Assembly (NCBI GenBank): GCA_035348395.1
Contig: DAOPQX010000002.1
Coordinates: 1 to 30,894 of the forward strand
Direction: 5' to 3'
DNA from: Vicinamibacterales bacterium
Lineage (GTDB): Bacteria; Acidobacteriota; Vicinamibacteria; Vicinamibacterales; Fen-181
DNA: 30,894 nt
The notes beneath the pieces were generated by a model, which searched no databases, was not told where the DNA came from, and saw only the letters and a list, made by a program, of their open reading frames with translations. Made by a program: the position numbers and the translations under genes. Shown piece after piece: positions 1 to 7,832 of this stretch. Numbering within the stretch: the stretch's first letter is position 1; each line of letters opens with the position of its first letter.

Positions 1-116
1 GCCGGCTTGCCGTGCGGGAGATCCCTCGCAGCGGGAAGCCCGAGGAGCTGCTCGACCGGTTCGGGATCTCTGCGGCGCGGATCGTGGCGGCGGTCAGGGA
101 AGGCGTGCTCGATTGA
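1..116 (+). CDS. tkt: Transketolase, C-terminal fragment (gene starts upstream of the window)
   Basis: The frame from nt 3 reads RLAVREIPRSGKPEELLDRFGISAARIVAAVREGVLD*, stop TGA at 114-116. This matches the transketolase C-terminal motif LAV..PRSGKP.ELL..FGI. It is not in the ORF track. Confidence 0.8.
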   Translation, partial: RLAVREIPRSGKPEELLDRFGISAARIVAAVREGVLD

Positions 117-1008
117 CCAGCCAGACGCCGGCAAGGATGGCCGCCCCCCCGGCCACGACCGCCGGCGTCACCGGCTCGCCGAGCACGCGGTTGGCGACGG
201 CGAGGGTTACGATCGGCTGGATGTACTGGAACGAGGCAAGCGCCGAGGCGTCGGTCTCGGCGAGCGCGTCGTACCAGAAGGCGTAGGCGACCCCCGAACA
301 CCCCACGCCGAGGAACACCAGGCTCCACCATCCGCCCGCGGTGAGGCTGGGCAACGCCTGCCAGCCAAGGTCCACCGCGGCGAGCGGCAGCGAGGCGAGC
401 CACCCGAAGGCCAGCACGTGGGTCATCGTGACGGCCGGCGGGTAGCGGCCGATCACGCGCTTCGACCAGGTGGTGAAGAGGGCCATGTTGGCGGCGCTGA
501 GCAGCATGAGCCCGTCGCCGGGGGCTGGGTTCGCGACGAGTCCCCGGAGGTCGAACCCGCGTGCGGCCACGACCAGCGCACCGGCGGATGCCGCCGCCAG
601 GCCCAGCACCTTGTGGCGCCCGAACGGCTCGCCGAGCATCAGGCGGGCCAGGACGGCGGTGAACACCGGGATGAGGGCAATCATCCAGCCCGAGTTGGTC
701 GCCGTGGTCGTCAGCAGGCCGACCGACTGCAGCAGCTGGTGCACGGTCACGCCGATGACGCCGAGCAGCGCGAGCCAGGCGAGGTCGCCCCGGTCGGCGA
801 GGCGCGTCTGGCGCCGCCACGCCAGCAGCGCCAGGAGGAAGGCGAGACCGAGGCCGAAGCGGGCCGCGATGATCGCCAGCGGCGACAGTTCGCGCAGCGC
901 GATCTTGGTCGCCACGAACGAACCGCCCCAGAGGGCGATGGCGGCGAGCACTTTCAGGATGGTGACCGGCCGGCGGAGGGTCTGCGGGGCCGGGACGATC
1001 GCGTGCAT
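94..1008 (-). CDS. EamA/DMT family transporter (two EamA repeats, about 304 aa)
   Basis: This is the C-terminal half of ORF 94..1911. It starts at MHAIVP (ATG at 1008) and has about 10 hydrophobic segments, with LWGGSFVATKIAL and GVAYAFWYDAL motifs. The ORF extension upstream of 1008 is an antisense shadow of fbaB. Confidence 0.88.
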   Translation of the reverse strand: MHAIVPAPQTLRRPVTILKVLAAIALWGGSFVATKIALRELSPLAIIAARFGLGLAFLLALLAWRRQTRLADRGDLAWLALLGVIGVTVHQLLQSVGLLTTTATNSGWMIALIPVFTAVLARLMLGEPFGRHKVLGLAAASAGALVVAARGFDLRGLVANPAPGDGLMLLSAANMALFTTWSKRVIGRYPPAVTMTHVLAFGWLASLPLAAVDLGWQALPSLTAGGWWSLVFLGVGCSGVAYAFWYDALAETDASALASFQYIQPIVTLAVANRVLGEPVTPAVVAGGAAILAGVWLVNRARLP

Positions 1009-1014
1009 CGGCGC

Positions 1015-1020
1015 AGTGTA
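1015..1020 (-). promoter_or_regulatory. Putative -10 hexamer TACACT, 6 nt before the EamA ATG (leaderless geometry)
   Basis: The minus strand reads ...ctg TACACT gcgccg ATG, with no Shine-Dalgarno. Confidence 0.45.
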
Positions 1021-1095
1021 CAGTGGGAATCGGCCGGCCCGCTGCCACTTGATGTTGCCGGCCGGTTGTGTGAGGCTTGAGGCGAGGAGGAGCGA

Positions 1096-2160
1096 GTGAA
1101 CAAGGAAATCGTGGATCTGCTCGGCGAAAAGGCAAGTGACCTGCTCGAGCACGAGTGCAAGACGGTGTCGAAGGACATGCTGCAACTGCCCGGCCCCGAC
1201 TTCGTTGACCGGGTCTGGGCGCCTTCCGACCGCAACAACCGCGTGCTCGGCAGCCTGCAGCGGCTCTTCAACACGGGCCGCCTCGCCGGCACCGGCTACA
1301 TGTCGATCCTGCCGGTCGACCAGGGCATCGAGCATTCGGGAGGAGCGAGCTTCGCCAAGAACCCGGCGTACTTCGACCCCGAGAACATCGTCAAGCTGGC
1401 GGTCGAGGGAGGCTGCAACGCCGTGGCCTCGACCTTCGGCGTGCTCGGGGCCGTGTCGCGCCGCTACGCGCACAAGATCCCCTTCATCGTGAAGATCAAC
1501 CACAACGAGCTGCTGACCTACCCGAACAAGTTCGACCAGATCATGTTCGGCGAGGTGCAGCAGGCGGCCGACATGGGCGCGGCCGCCGTGGGCGCGACGA
1601 TCTACTTTGGATCCGAGGAGAGCGGCCGCCAGATCGTCGAGGTGGCGCAGGCCTTCGCGCTGGCGCACGAGATGGGGATGGCGACCGTGCTGTGGTGCTA
1701 CCTGCGCAACTCGGCGTTCAAGAAGGACAAGGACTACCACGTCAGCGCCGACCTGACGGGGCAGGCCAACCACCTGGGCGTCACCCTGCAGGCCGACATC
1801 ATCAAGCAGAAGCTGCCCGAGAACAACGGCGGCTTCAAGGCGATGAACACCGGCAGCTCCAGCTACGGCAAGCTCGACGAGCGCATCTACACGCAGCTGA
1901 CCACCGATCACCCGATCGACCTGACGCGCTACCAGGTGGCCAACTGCTACATGGGCCGCGCCGGGCTCATCAACTCGGGCGGGGCGTCGGGCAAGAGCGA
2001 CTTCCCCGAAGCGGCGATCACCGCGGTCGTGAACAAGCGGGCGGGCGGCATGGGCCTCATCTCCGGGCGGAAGGCGTTCCAGCGGCCGATGGCCGAGGGC
2101 GTCAAGCTGCTCAACATCATCCAGGACGTCTACCTCGACAAGGACATCACGATCGCGTAG
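1096..2160 (+). CDS. fbaB: Class I fructose-bisphosphate aldolase (DhnA/FbaB type)
   Basis: Motifs [32 protein letters not shown] and [15 protein letters not shown] start preceded by GAGGAGGAG. Confidence 0.95.
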   Translation: MNKEIVDLLGEKASDLLEHECKTVSKDMLQLPGPDFVDRVWAPSDRNNRVLGSLQRLFNTGRLAGTGYMSILPVDQGIEHSGGASFAKNPAYFDPENIVKLAVEGGCNAVASTFGVLGAVSRRYAHKIPFIVKINHNELLTYPNKFDQIMFGEVQQAADMGAAAVGATIYFGSEESGRQIVEVAQAFALAHEMGMATVLWCYLRNSAFKKDKDYHVSADLTGQANHLGVTLQADIIKQKLPENNGGFKAMNTGSSSYGKLDERIYTQLTTDHPIDLTRYQVANCYMGRAGLINSGGASGKSDFPEAAITAVVNKRAGGMGLISGRKAFQRPMAEGVKLLNIIQDVYLDKDITIA

Positions 2161-2171
2161 GCAGCCTGATT

Positions 2172-2201
2172 CGGCGAGCAGGGCTTCAGCCCTGCTCGCC
2201 G
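2172..2201. terminator. 13-bp perfect hairpin between convergent fbaB and secA2 (bidirectional terminator or REP-like element)
   Basis: CGGCGAGCAGGGC-TTCA-GCCCTGCTCGCCG, read directly from the sequence. Confidence 0.7.
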
Positions 2202-4615
2202 CGTTCTACTTGACGACCGCCCTTCCTCTTCTTGCTCCATCGCCTCCAGAAAATCGTGATCGCCGTCACCAGCGTGACCGGCCAGTAGATCACCCCGAGG
2301 ATCCCGGCGGCGGTCGCCAGCGTGCGGCTGGCGAGCAGCGACGAGCCCAGCGGCGAGAACGGGTTGTCGTCGACCAGGTACGTCCAGGTCGCCGACGACC
2401 GCGACGGGCCGATGCCGGAGAAGTCGATCCCCTCCTCGCTCGCGCGGAGCCGGGCGAAGAGCCCGATCGTTTCGTCCTCCACGCGGTGCATCATCGCGTC
2501 GAACGCCTCGATCAGCTGGCGGCTGAACTCGGTGAGGGGGTCCTTGCCGCCGTAGCGCTGCAGGTGGATTCCCTCGCGCACGTCCTCGACGAACGCCAGG
2601 TGGTCGGTCCAGGCCTGGTCCAGCGCGCGCACGATCAAGCGCTGCTCGGCGCGGCGCACAGCTGCTTCGCCGGCGGCCCGGACGAGGGCGGCGTACTGCT
2701 CCGGCGCCCGCGCCCGGCAGACGTCGGGGTCGGCCTCGTCGCGCAGGAAGGCCTGGCGCCGCTCGTACACCATCCGCCGCTGGTCGTCCACCATCTCGGA
2801 GTACCGCCAGAGCGTCCGGCGGATCTCGAAGTTCTGACCCTCGATGATTCGTTGCGCCCGCGCGATCTCGCAGACGACCACCGGGTCGCGCAGCGGCCCG
2901 TCCTGCCGCGCGGGGCGGTGGCGCGGCGGGATCAGCGACATGACGCCGTAACGCTTGATCAGGTCATCCTCGATCGAGATGAAGAAGCGCGACGAACCCG
3001 GGTCGCCCTGGCGCCCCGACCGTCCACGGAGCTGGTCGTCGACCCGCCGGCTCTCGTGCCGGTTGGTGCCGACGACGTAGAGGCCGCCGAGGGCTTCGAC
3101 GCGCGCCCGATCGGCCGGGTCGCCGGCCCCCAGCACGATGTCGGTGCCGCGCCCCGCCATGTTCGTGGAGATCGTCACCGCGCCGGTCGTCCCGGCCGTG
3201 GCCACGATGGCGGCCTCGCGCGCGTCGTGCCTCGCGTTGAGCACCTGGCACGGCACCCCCGCCGCCGAGAGCGCCTCCGCGAGCGCCTCCGACTCGGCGA
3301 CGCTCGCCGTGCCGACCAGCACCGGGCGTCCGGTCGCGTGCACCTCGGCGATCTCGGCCACGATCGCCGCGTTCTTCGCCTCGCGGTGGGTGAACACCTC
3401 GTCGTCTTCGTCCCTCCGGACGCCAGACTTGTGAGGGGGGAAGACCACCGTGCGCAGTCCGTAGAACTCGTCGAACTCCTGGGCCGCCGGTTCAGCCGTC
3501 GCCGTCATCCCCGCGAGGCGCGGGTAGCGGCGCACGAAGTGCTGGATCGGGATGGAGCCGAGGATCCTTCCCTCGGCGCTGACGGCCAGGCCTTCCTTCG
3601 CCTCGACGGCGGAGTGGATGCCGTGGGGCCACCGCCGGTTGTCGGCGACGCGGCCGGTGAACTCGTCAACCAGTTCGATCCGCCCGTCGCGGACGATGTA
3701 GTCGCGGTCACGGTGAAGGAGAACGCGCGCGTGCAGTGCGACGTGCAGCGCGCTGAGCAGCAGGCGCCGGTCCGGCGACGTGAGGTCGGCGCCGAGCAGC
3801 CTCGAGGCGTGGGCGAAGCCGGCCTCGGTCAGCACGACCGTGCGCTCGTACTCGTCGGCGTCGAAATCCCTGCCGGCGACGAGCGCTTCGGCAGCCTCCG
3901 CCACCGCCCGATGGTCGACCCCGGCGTCGGGGGCGGCGCCCGCGATGACCAGCGGCACGCGCGCCTCGTCGATCAGGATGAAGTCGGCTTCGTCCACGAT
4001 GGCGAAGTGAGGCGGGCGCTGCACCAGGTCGGCGGGGCCGGCCGCGGTGTGGTCGCGCAGGAAATCGAATCCCGCTTCCTTGGCGGTCACGTAGGTCACG
4101 TCGGCCGCATAGGCCCGGCGACGCTCCTCCCGGGACAGGCGCTGGCCGACGAAGGAAGGGGTCAGGCCGAAGAACCGGTAAACCGGCCCCATCCACCCGG
4201 CGTCGCGCTCGGCGAGGTAGTCGTTGGCGGTGAAAACGTGCACGCCGCGGCCGGTGAGCGCGTTGAGGACCGCCGGCATGACGGCCACCAGCGTCTTGCC
4301 TTCACCCGTCGCGAGCTGCGCTAGGCGGCCGCGGTGGAGGGCGACCGCCGCTTCGACCTGGACGTCGAAGGGGCGCAGGCCCAGCAGCCGCGCCGACGCC
4401 TCGCGCACGAGGGCGAAAACCTCCGGCAGCAGGTCGTCGAGCGGGCGGCCGCTTGCGGCGGCCTCCCTCGCCGCGGTGGCCCGCTCCGCGAGCGCGGCGT
4501 CGGAGAGGCTGGCCGTCTCGATGGCCTCGACGGCCGCGAGCGCTTGCGCGTACGGCTTCAGGTCGTGGTCGATCGGGACGCCGGCGGCGTGAAGGTACGC
4601 ACGGCGGATGTGCAT
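2186..4615 (-). CDS. secA2: Accessory SecA2-type translocase ATPase (mycobacterial-type architecture) with a hydrophobic C-terminal extension
   Basis: Motifs ATGEGKT (Walker A), IVDEAD.ILIDEAR.PL, GMTAT, STNMAGRGTDI and ESRRVDDQLRGRSGRQGDPG. The helical wing domain is very short and there is no C-terminal Cys/Zn motif. TWTYLVDDNP resembles the recalled C-terminus of mycobacterial SecA2. Confidence 0.85.
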   Translation of the reverse strand: MHIRRAYLHAAGVPIDHDLKPYAQALAAVEAIETASLSDAALAERATAAREAAASGRPLDDLLPEVFALVREASARLLGLRPFDVQVEAAVALHRGRLAQLATGEGKTLVAVMPAVLNALTGRGVHVFTANDYLAERDAGWMGPVYRFFGLTPSFVGQRLSREERRRAYAADVTYVTAKEAGFDFLRDHTAAGPADLVQRPPHFAIVDEADFILIDEARVPLVIAGAAPDAGVDHRAVAEAAEALVAGRDFDADEYERTVVLTEAGFAHASRLLGADLTSPDRRLLLSALHVALHARVLLHRDRDYIVRDGRIELVDEFTGRVADNRRWPHGIHSAVEAKEGLAVSAEGRILGSIPIQHFVRRYPRLAGMTATAEPAAQEFDEFYGLRTVVFPPHKSGVRRDEDDEVFTHREAKNAAIVAEIAEVHATGRPVLVGTASVAESEALAEALSAAGVPCQVLNARHDAREAAIVATAGTTGAVTISTNMAGRGTDIVLGAGDPADRARVEALGGLYVVGTNRHESRRVDDQLRGRSGRQGDPGSSRFFISIEDDLIKRYGVMSLIPPRHRPARQDGPLRDPVVVCEIARAQRIIEGQNFEIRRTLWRYSEMVDDQRRMVYERRQAFLRDEADPDVCRARAPEQYAALVRAAGEAAVRRAEQRLIVRALDQAWTDHLAFVEDVREGIHLQRYGGKDPLTEFSRQLIEAFDAMMHRVEDETIGLFARLRASEEGIDFSGIGPSRSSATWTYLVDDNPFSPLGSSLLASRTLATAAGILGVIYWPVTLVTAITIFWRRWSKKRKGGRQVERGEQG

Positions 4616-4644
4616 GTTCCGGGAATGCTACTCTCGACAACTTG

Positions 4645-4674
4645 GTATAGGATATCTATATCGGTATTCTATAC
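4645..4674. promoter_or_regulatory. AT-rich nested inverted repeats in the secA2/padR divergent gap; candidate PadR operator and promoter
   Basis: TATAG(4646-50)/CTATA(4656-60), GATAT(4651-55)/ATATC(4658-62) and GTATAG(4645-50)/CTATAC(4669-74), all in a strongly GC-rich background. Confidence 0.55.
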
Positions 4675-4688
4675 ATGAGGCCCGCAGC

Positions 4689-5027
4689 ATGACTCCCTCT
4701 CGCGACGACACCTCGACCCTGCTCCGCGGCACGCTCGGGCTGCTCATCCTCCGGACGCTCGAGCTGCAGCCGCTGCACGGTCTGGCGATCGCCGACCGGA
4801 TCGCGCAGGTGACGCGAGGCACGTTCCGGGTGCCGGCGGGTTCGTTGTTCCCGGCGCTGCACCGGCTCGAGCAGGGCGGGTGGATCCGCGGGGAATGGAC
4901 CTTCACGGGCGACGGCCGCCGCGTCAAGACCTACTCGCTGACGGCACCGGGACGCCGGAAGCTGGCCACCGAGCAGCGGAACTGGGCGCGCACGGTTGCC
5001 GCGATGTCGCAGGTTCTCGGGTCGTAG
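4689..5027 (+). CDS. PadR family transcriptional regulator (acidobacterial type)
   Basis: 112 aa from MTPSRDD. Motifs LLRGTLGLLIL, LHGLAIADRI, GSLFPALHRLE..GWI and Y.LT..GRR.L. It lies directly upstream of an ADOP permease. Confidence 0.92.
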   Translation: MTPSRDDTSTLLRGTLGLLILRTLELQPLHGLAIADRIAQVTRGTFRVPAGSLFPALHRLEQGGWIRGEWTFTGDGRRVKTYSLTAPGRRKLATEQRNWARTVAAMSQVLGS

Positions 5028-5059
5028 CCCGAATTGTCCGCGAACGCGAGGAGGACGGG

Positions 5060-7771
5060 ATGCCGCTCGGTTACCGGCTGTGGAGCCTCTACCGCACGCT
5101 CTTTCGGCGCGACCGCGTCGAGCGCGATCTGGACGCCGAACTCACATCCTTCGTGGACGAGCTTGCCGCCCGCAACGCGGCCAACGGGATGAGCCCCGGC
5201 GAGGCAAGGCGATCGGCGCTGCTCGAGGCCGGTGGCGTCGAGCAGGTGAAGGAGCGGGTGAGGGACGCGCGCACGGGCGTCTGGCTCGAGCAGCTGCTCC
5301 AGGACGCGCGCATCGCGCTGCGGATGCTCGCCCGGTCGCCCGGGTTCACGGCCGTCGCCGTCGCGACGATGGCCCTCGGGATCGGGGCGAACACCGCGAT
5401 CTTCAGCGTCGTGGACGGCGTGCTGCTGCGTCCCGCGCCTTTCCGCGACATCGATCGGCTCGCCATGGTCTGGGAGACCGACCGCCACAGCGGGACCACA
5501 CGCGAGCCGGCATCGGTGCCCGACTACCTCGATTTCAAGGCTCGCAGTTCGAGCTTCGACGCGATTGCCGGCCTGTCGGCGCGGGAAGTGAACCTCTCGC
5601 TCGAGGGAACCGACCCGGTGCGGCTTGCTGCCATGGGGGTGACGGGAGACCTCCTTTCGATGGTGGGCGTCACCCCCGTTGCCGGTCGTGGCTTCGACGC
5701 GGGCGAGGAACAGCTCGGCGGACCGGATGTCGCGCTGATCAGCGAGTCGCTCTGGCAGCGAGCCTTCGGGCGCGATCCGAACGTGGTCGGCCGCACGCTC
5801 CGGCTGGACGAGAAGCCCCACGTGGTGGTGGGTGTTCTGCCCGACGCCGCCGATTTCGGCACGCTGCAGATCCTCGGCGCCGCCGCGTACGCCCGCGGGT
5901 TTGCCGACAGGGACGCGCGGGCCCACGTCGAGGTCTGGCTGCCGCTGCGGCCGGATCCCGTGTCGTACCCGCGCGACACGCACGGCGTGTTCATGCTCGG
6001 CCGGCTGGCGCCCGGCGCCGCGCTGTCCACGGCTGCGCAGGAGTCAACCGCCATCGCGGCAGACCTGGAGCGCGCGTATCCCTCGAATGCCGGCCGGGGC
6101 GTCTTCGTCGAGCCGCTCGAGGAGGTGGTGTTCGGCCCGGTCCGGCCCCCGCTGTTCGTGCTGCTCGGCGCCGTGGGCCTGGTCCTGCTGGTGGCGTCGG
6201 TCAACGTCGCCAACCTCCTGCTGGCGCGCGGGGCCGCGCGGCGGCGCGAGGCCGCCATCCGGAGCGCCCTCGGTGCGAGCGGCAGCCGGCTGTCGCGGCA
6301 GTTCCTGGTCGAAGGCGTGGTCCTGATGCTCATTGCCGGGGCCGCCGGCGGGCTGCTGGCCCTGGGCGGCGTGAAGGCGCTCGTCGGGATCGCGCCGGGC
6401 GACGTCCCGCGCCTGTCGATGGTCACGCTCGACCTGCGCGTGCTCGGCATCGCCCTGGCAGTGTCGATTGCCGTCGGCCTCGTCTTCGGGATGGTGCCGA
6501 CGCTCCAGGCCCGCCGGCTCGACCTGCAGTCCACCCTGAAGGGCGAGGGTCCGGCACAGGCGTCCTCCGGCCGGTCTCGCAGGCGCCTGCGGTCGCTGCT
6601 GGTTGCCGGCGAGGTGGCCATGGCGGTGATGCTGGTGATTGCCGCCGGGCTCCTGCTCAGGAGCTTCTGGGAGCTGTGGCGCGTGGATCCCGGGTTCCGC
6701 GCCGCCGGCACGCTGAAAGCCGAGTACCAGCTGCCCCCCACCCGGTACCCCGTCTCATTCGCCGCGTTCCCCGACTTCAAGGAGATGCACGCCTTCACGG
6801 CGGCGCTGCTGCGCGAGGCCGCCGCCGACCCCGCCGTCGAGTCGGCGGCCATCGCGGGCAACCACCCGCTCGACCCGGGCTTCACGAACTCGTTCCAGGT
6901 GGTCGGCCGCGAGTCGGAGGCTCGGAACTGGCCCGAGATCTCCGTCCGCCGCGTGACGCCGGGGTACTTCCGCACGGTGGGTCTGGCGCTTCAAGACGGA
7001 CGGCTCCTCGAGGAGCGGGATGAAACCCGCGAGGCGCCCGTCCTGCTCCTCAACGAGGCGGCGGCCGAGCGGTTCTTCCCGGGCACCGCCTCGCTCGGCG
7101 CACGCATCCGGCTCTGGGGCACCGAGCGGACGGTCGTCGGGGTGGTGGCCAACGAGAGGATTCACGGCCTGGTCGAGGCGGCCCCTCCCTGCGTGTACCT
7201 GCCGCTCGCCCAGGCTCCGTCGTTCAACGGCGCCGGCGTCCTGCTGCTGCGGACCTCCGGCCGCGATCCGCTGGCGCTGGCCCCGTCGGTCAGGGCGATG
7301 GTCCGGAAGGTCGACCCTGAGCTGGCTGTTTTCGGGATCGAGCCGTTGTCCGAGACGCTGTCGCGCTCGGTCTCGACCCGCCGCTTCACGATGCTGGTCG
7401 TCGGGCTGTTCGCCTTCCTGGCCCTGGCGTTGGCCGCCATCGGGATCCACGGAGTGCTGAGCTACGGCGTGGCGCTGCGCACCCGGGAGATTGGCCTGCG
7501 CATGGCGCTCGGGGCCGACGCGGCCGGCGTGGTGCGCCTGGTCATCGGCGAGGGCCTCGTGCTGGCGCTCGCCGGCCTGGCGCTGGGCCTGGCCGGCGCC
7601 CTCGCGTTGACGCGGGTGCTCGCCACGCTGCTGTTCGGCGTGTCGCCGACCGACCCGGCGACCTTCGCGGCAATCGCGCTTTTCCTGCTGCTCGTCGCCG
7701 CCGCGGCCAGCGGCATTCCCGCCTGGAGGGCGGCGCACATCGACCCGGTGGTCGCCCTCCGCTCGGAGTAA
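5060..7771 (+). CDS. Acidobacterial duplicated orphan ABC permease (ADOP; MacB/FtsX repeats), 903 aa
   Basis: N-terminal prefix ERDLDAEL...GGVEQVKE, then LGIGANTAIFS, two FtsX-like halves (NVANLLLARG; RTREIGLRMALGA) and the ending RAAHIDPVVALRSE. SD GAGGAGG precedes the ATG at 5060. Confidence 0.93.
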   Translation: MPLGYRLWSLYRTLFRRDRVERDLDAELTSFVDELAARNAANGMSPGEARRSALLEAGGVEQVKERVRDARTGVWLEQLLQDARIALRMLARSPGFTAVAVATMALGIGANTAIFSVVDGVLLRPAPFRDIDRLAMVWETDRHSGTTREPASVPDYLDFKARSSSFDAIAGLSAREVNLSLEGTDPVRLAAMGVTGDLLSMVGVTPVAGRGFDAGEEQLGGPDVALISESLWQRAFGRDPNVVGRTLRLDEKPHVVVGVLPDAADFGTLQILGAAAYARGFADRDARAHVEVWLPLRPDPVSYPRDTHGVFMLGRLAPGAALSTAAQESTAIAADLERAYPSNAGRGVFVEPLEEVVFGPVRPPLFVLLGAVGLVLLVASVNVANLLLARGAARRREAAIRSALGASGSRLSRQFLVEGVVLMLIAGAAGGLLALGGVKALVGIAPGDVPRLSMVTLDLRVLGIALAVSIAVGLVFGMVPTLQARRLDLQSTLKGEGPAQASSGRSRRRLRSLLVAGEVAMAVMLVIAAGLLLRSFWELWRVDPGFRAAGTLKAEYQLPPTRYPVSFAAFPDFKEMHAFTAALLREAAADPAVESAAIAGNHPLDPGFTNSFQVVGRESEARNWPEISVRRVTPGYFRTVGLALQDGRLLEERDETREAPVLLLNEAAAERFFPGTASLGARIRLWGTERTVVGVVANERIHGLVEAAPPCVYLPLAQAPSFNGAGVLLLRTSGRDPLALAPSVRAMVRKVDPELAVFGIEPLSETLSRSVSTRRFTMLVVGLFAFLALALAAIGIHGVLSYGVALRTREIGLRMALGADAAGVVRLVIGEGLVLALAGLALGLAGALALTRVLATLLFGVSPTDPATFAAIALFLLLVAAAASGIPAWRAAHIDPVVALRSE

Positions 7772-7803
7772 TGCCGCGTCGCGCCAGGCGCTACGGCGCG
7801 GCA
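7772..7803. terminator. GC-rich hairpin immediately after the ADOP stop codon
   Basis: TGCCGCGTCG (7772-81) pairs with CGGCGCGGCA (7794-7803), including one G-U pair. Confidence 0.5.
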
Positions 7804-7831
7804 AGCCCTGAGCCCTGAGCCTTGAGCCTTC
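7804..7831. repeat. Heptamer tandem repeat (AGCCYTG) x4
   Basis: AGCCCTG AGCCCTG AGCCTTG AGCCTTC, between convergent genes. Confidence 0.75.
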
Positions 7832-7832
7832 C

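Noticed and set aside
2186-4615. Housekeeping SecA, or a streptococcal SecA2/SecY2 glycoprotein export island
   Set aside because: The wing domain is truncated and there is no Zn-binding tail. No secY2, asp, gtf or serine-rich repeat genes are in the window.
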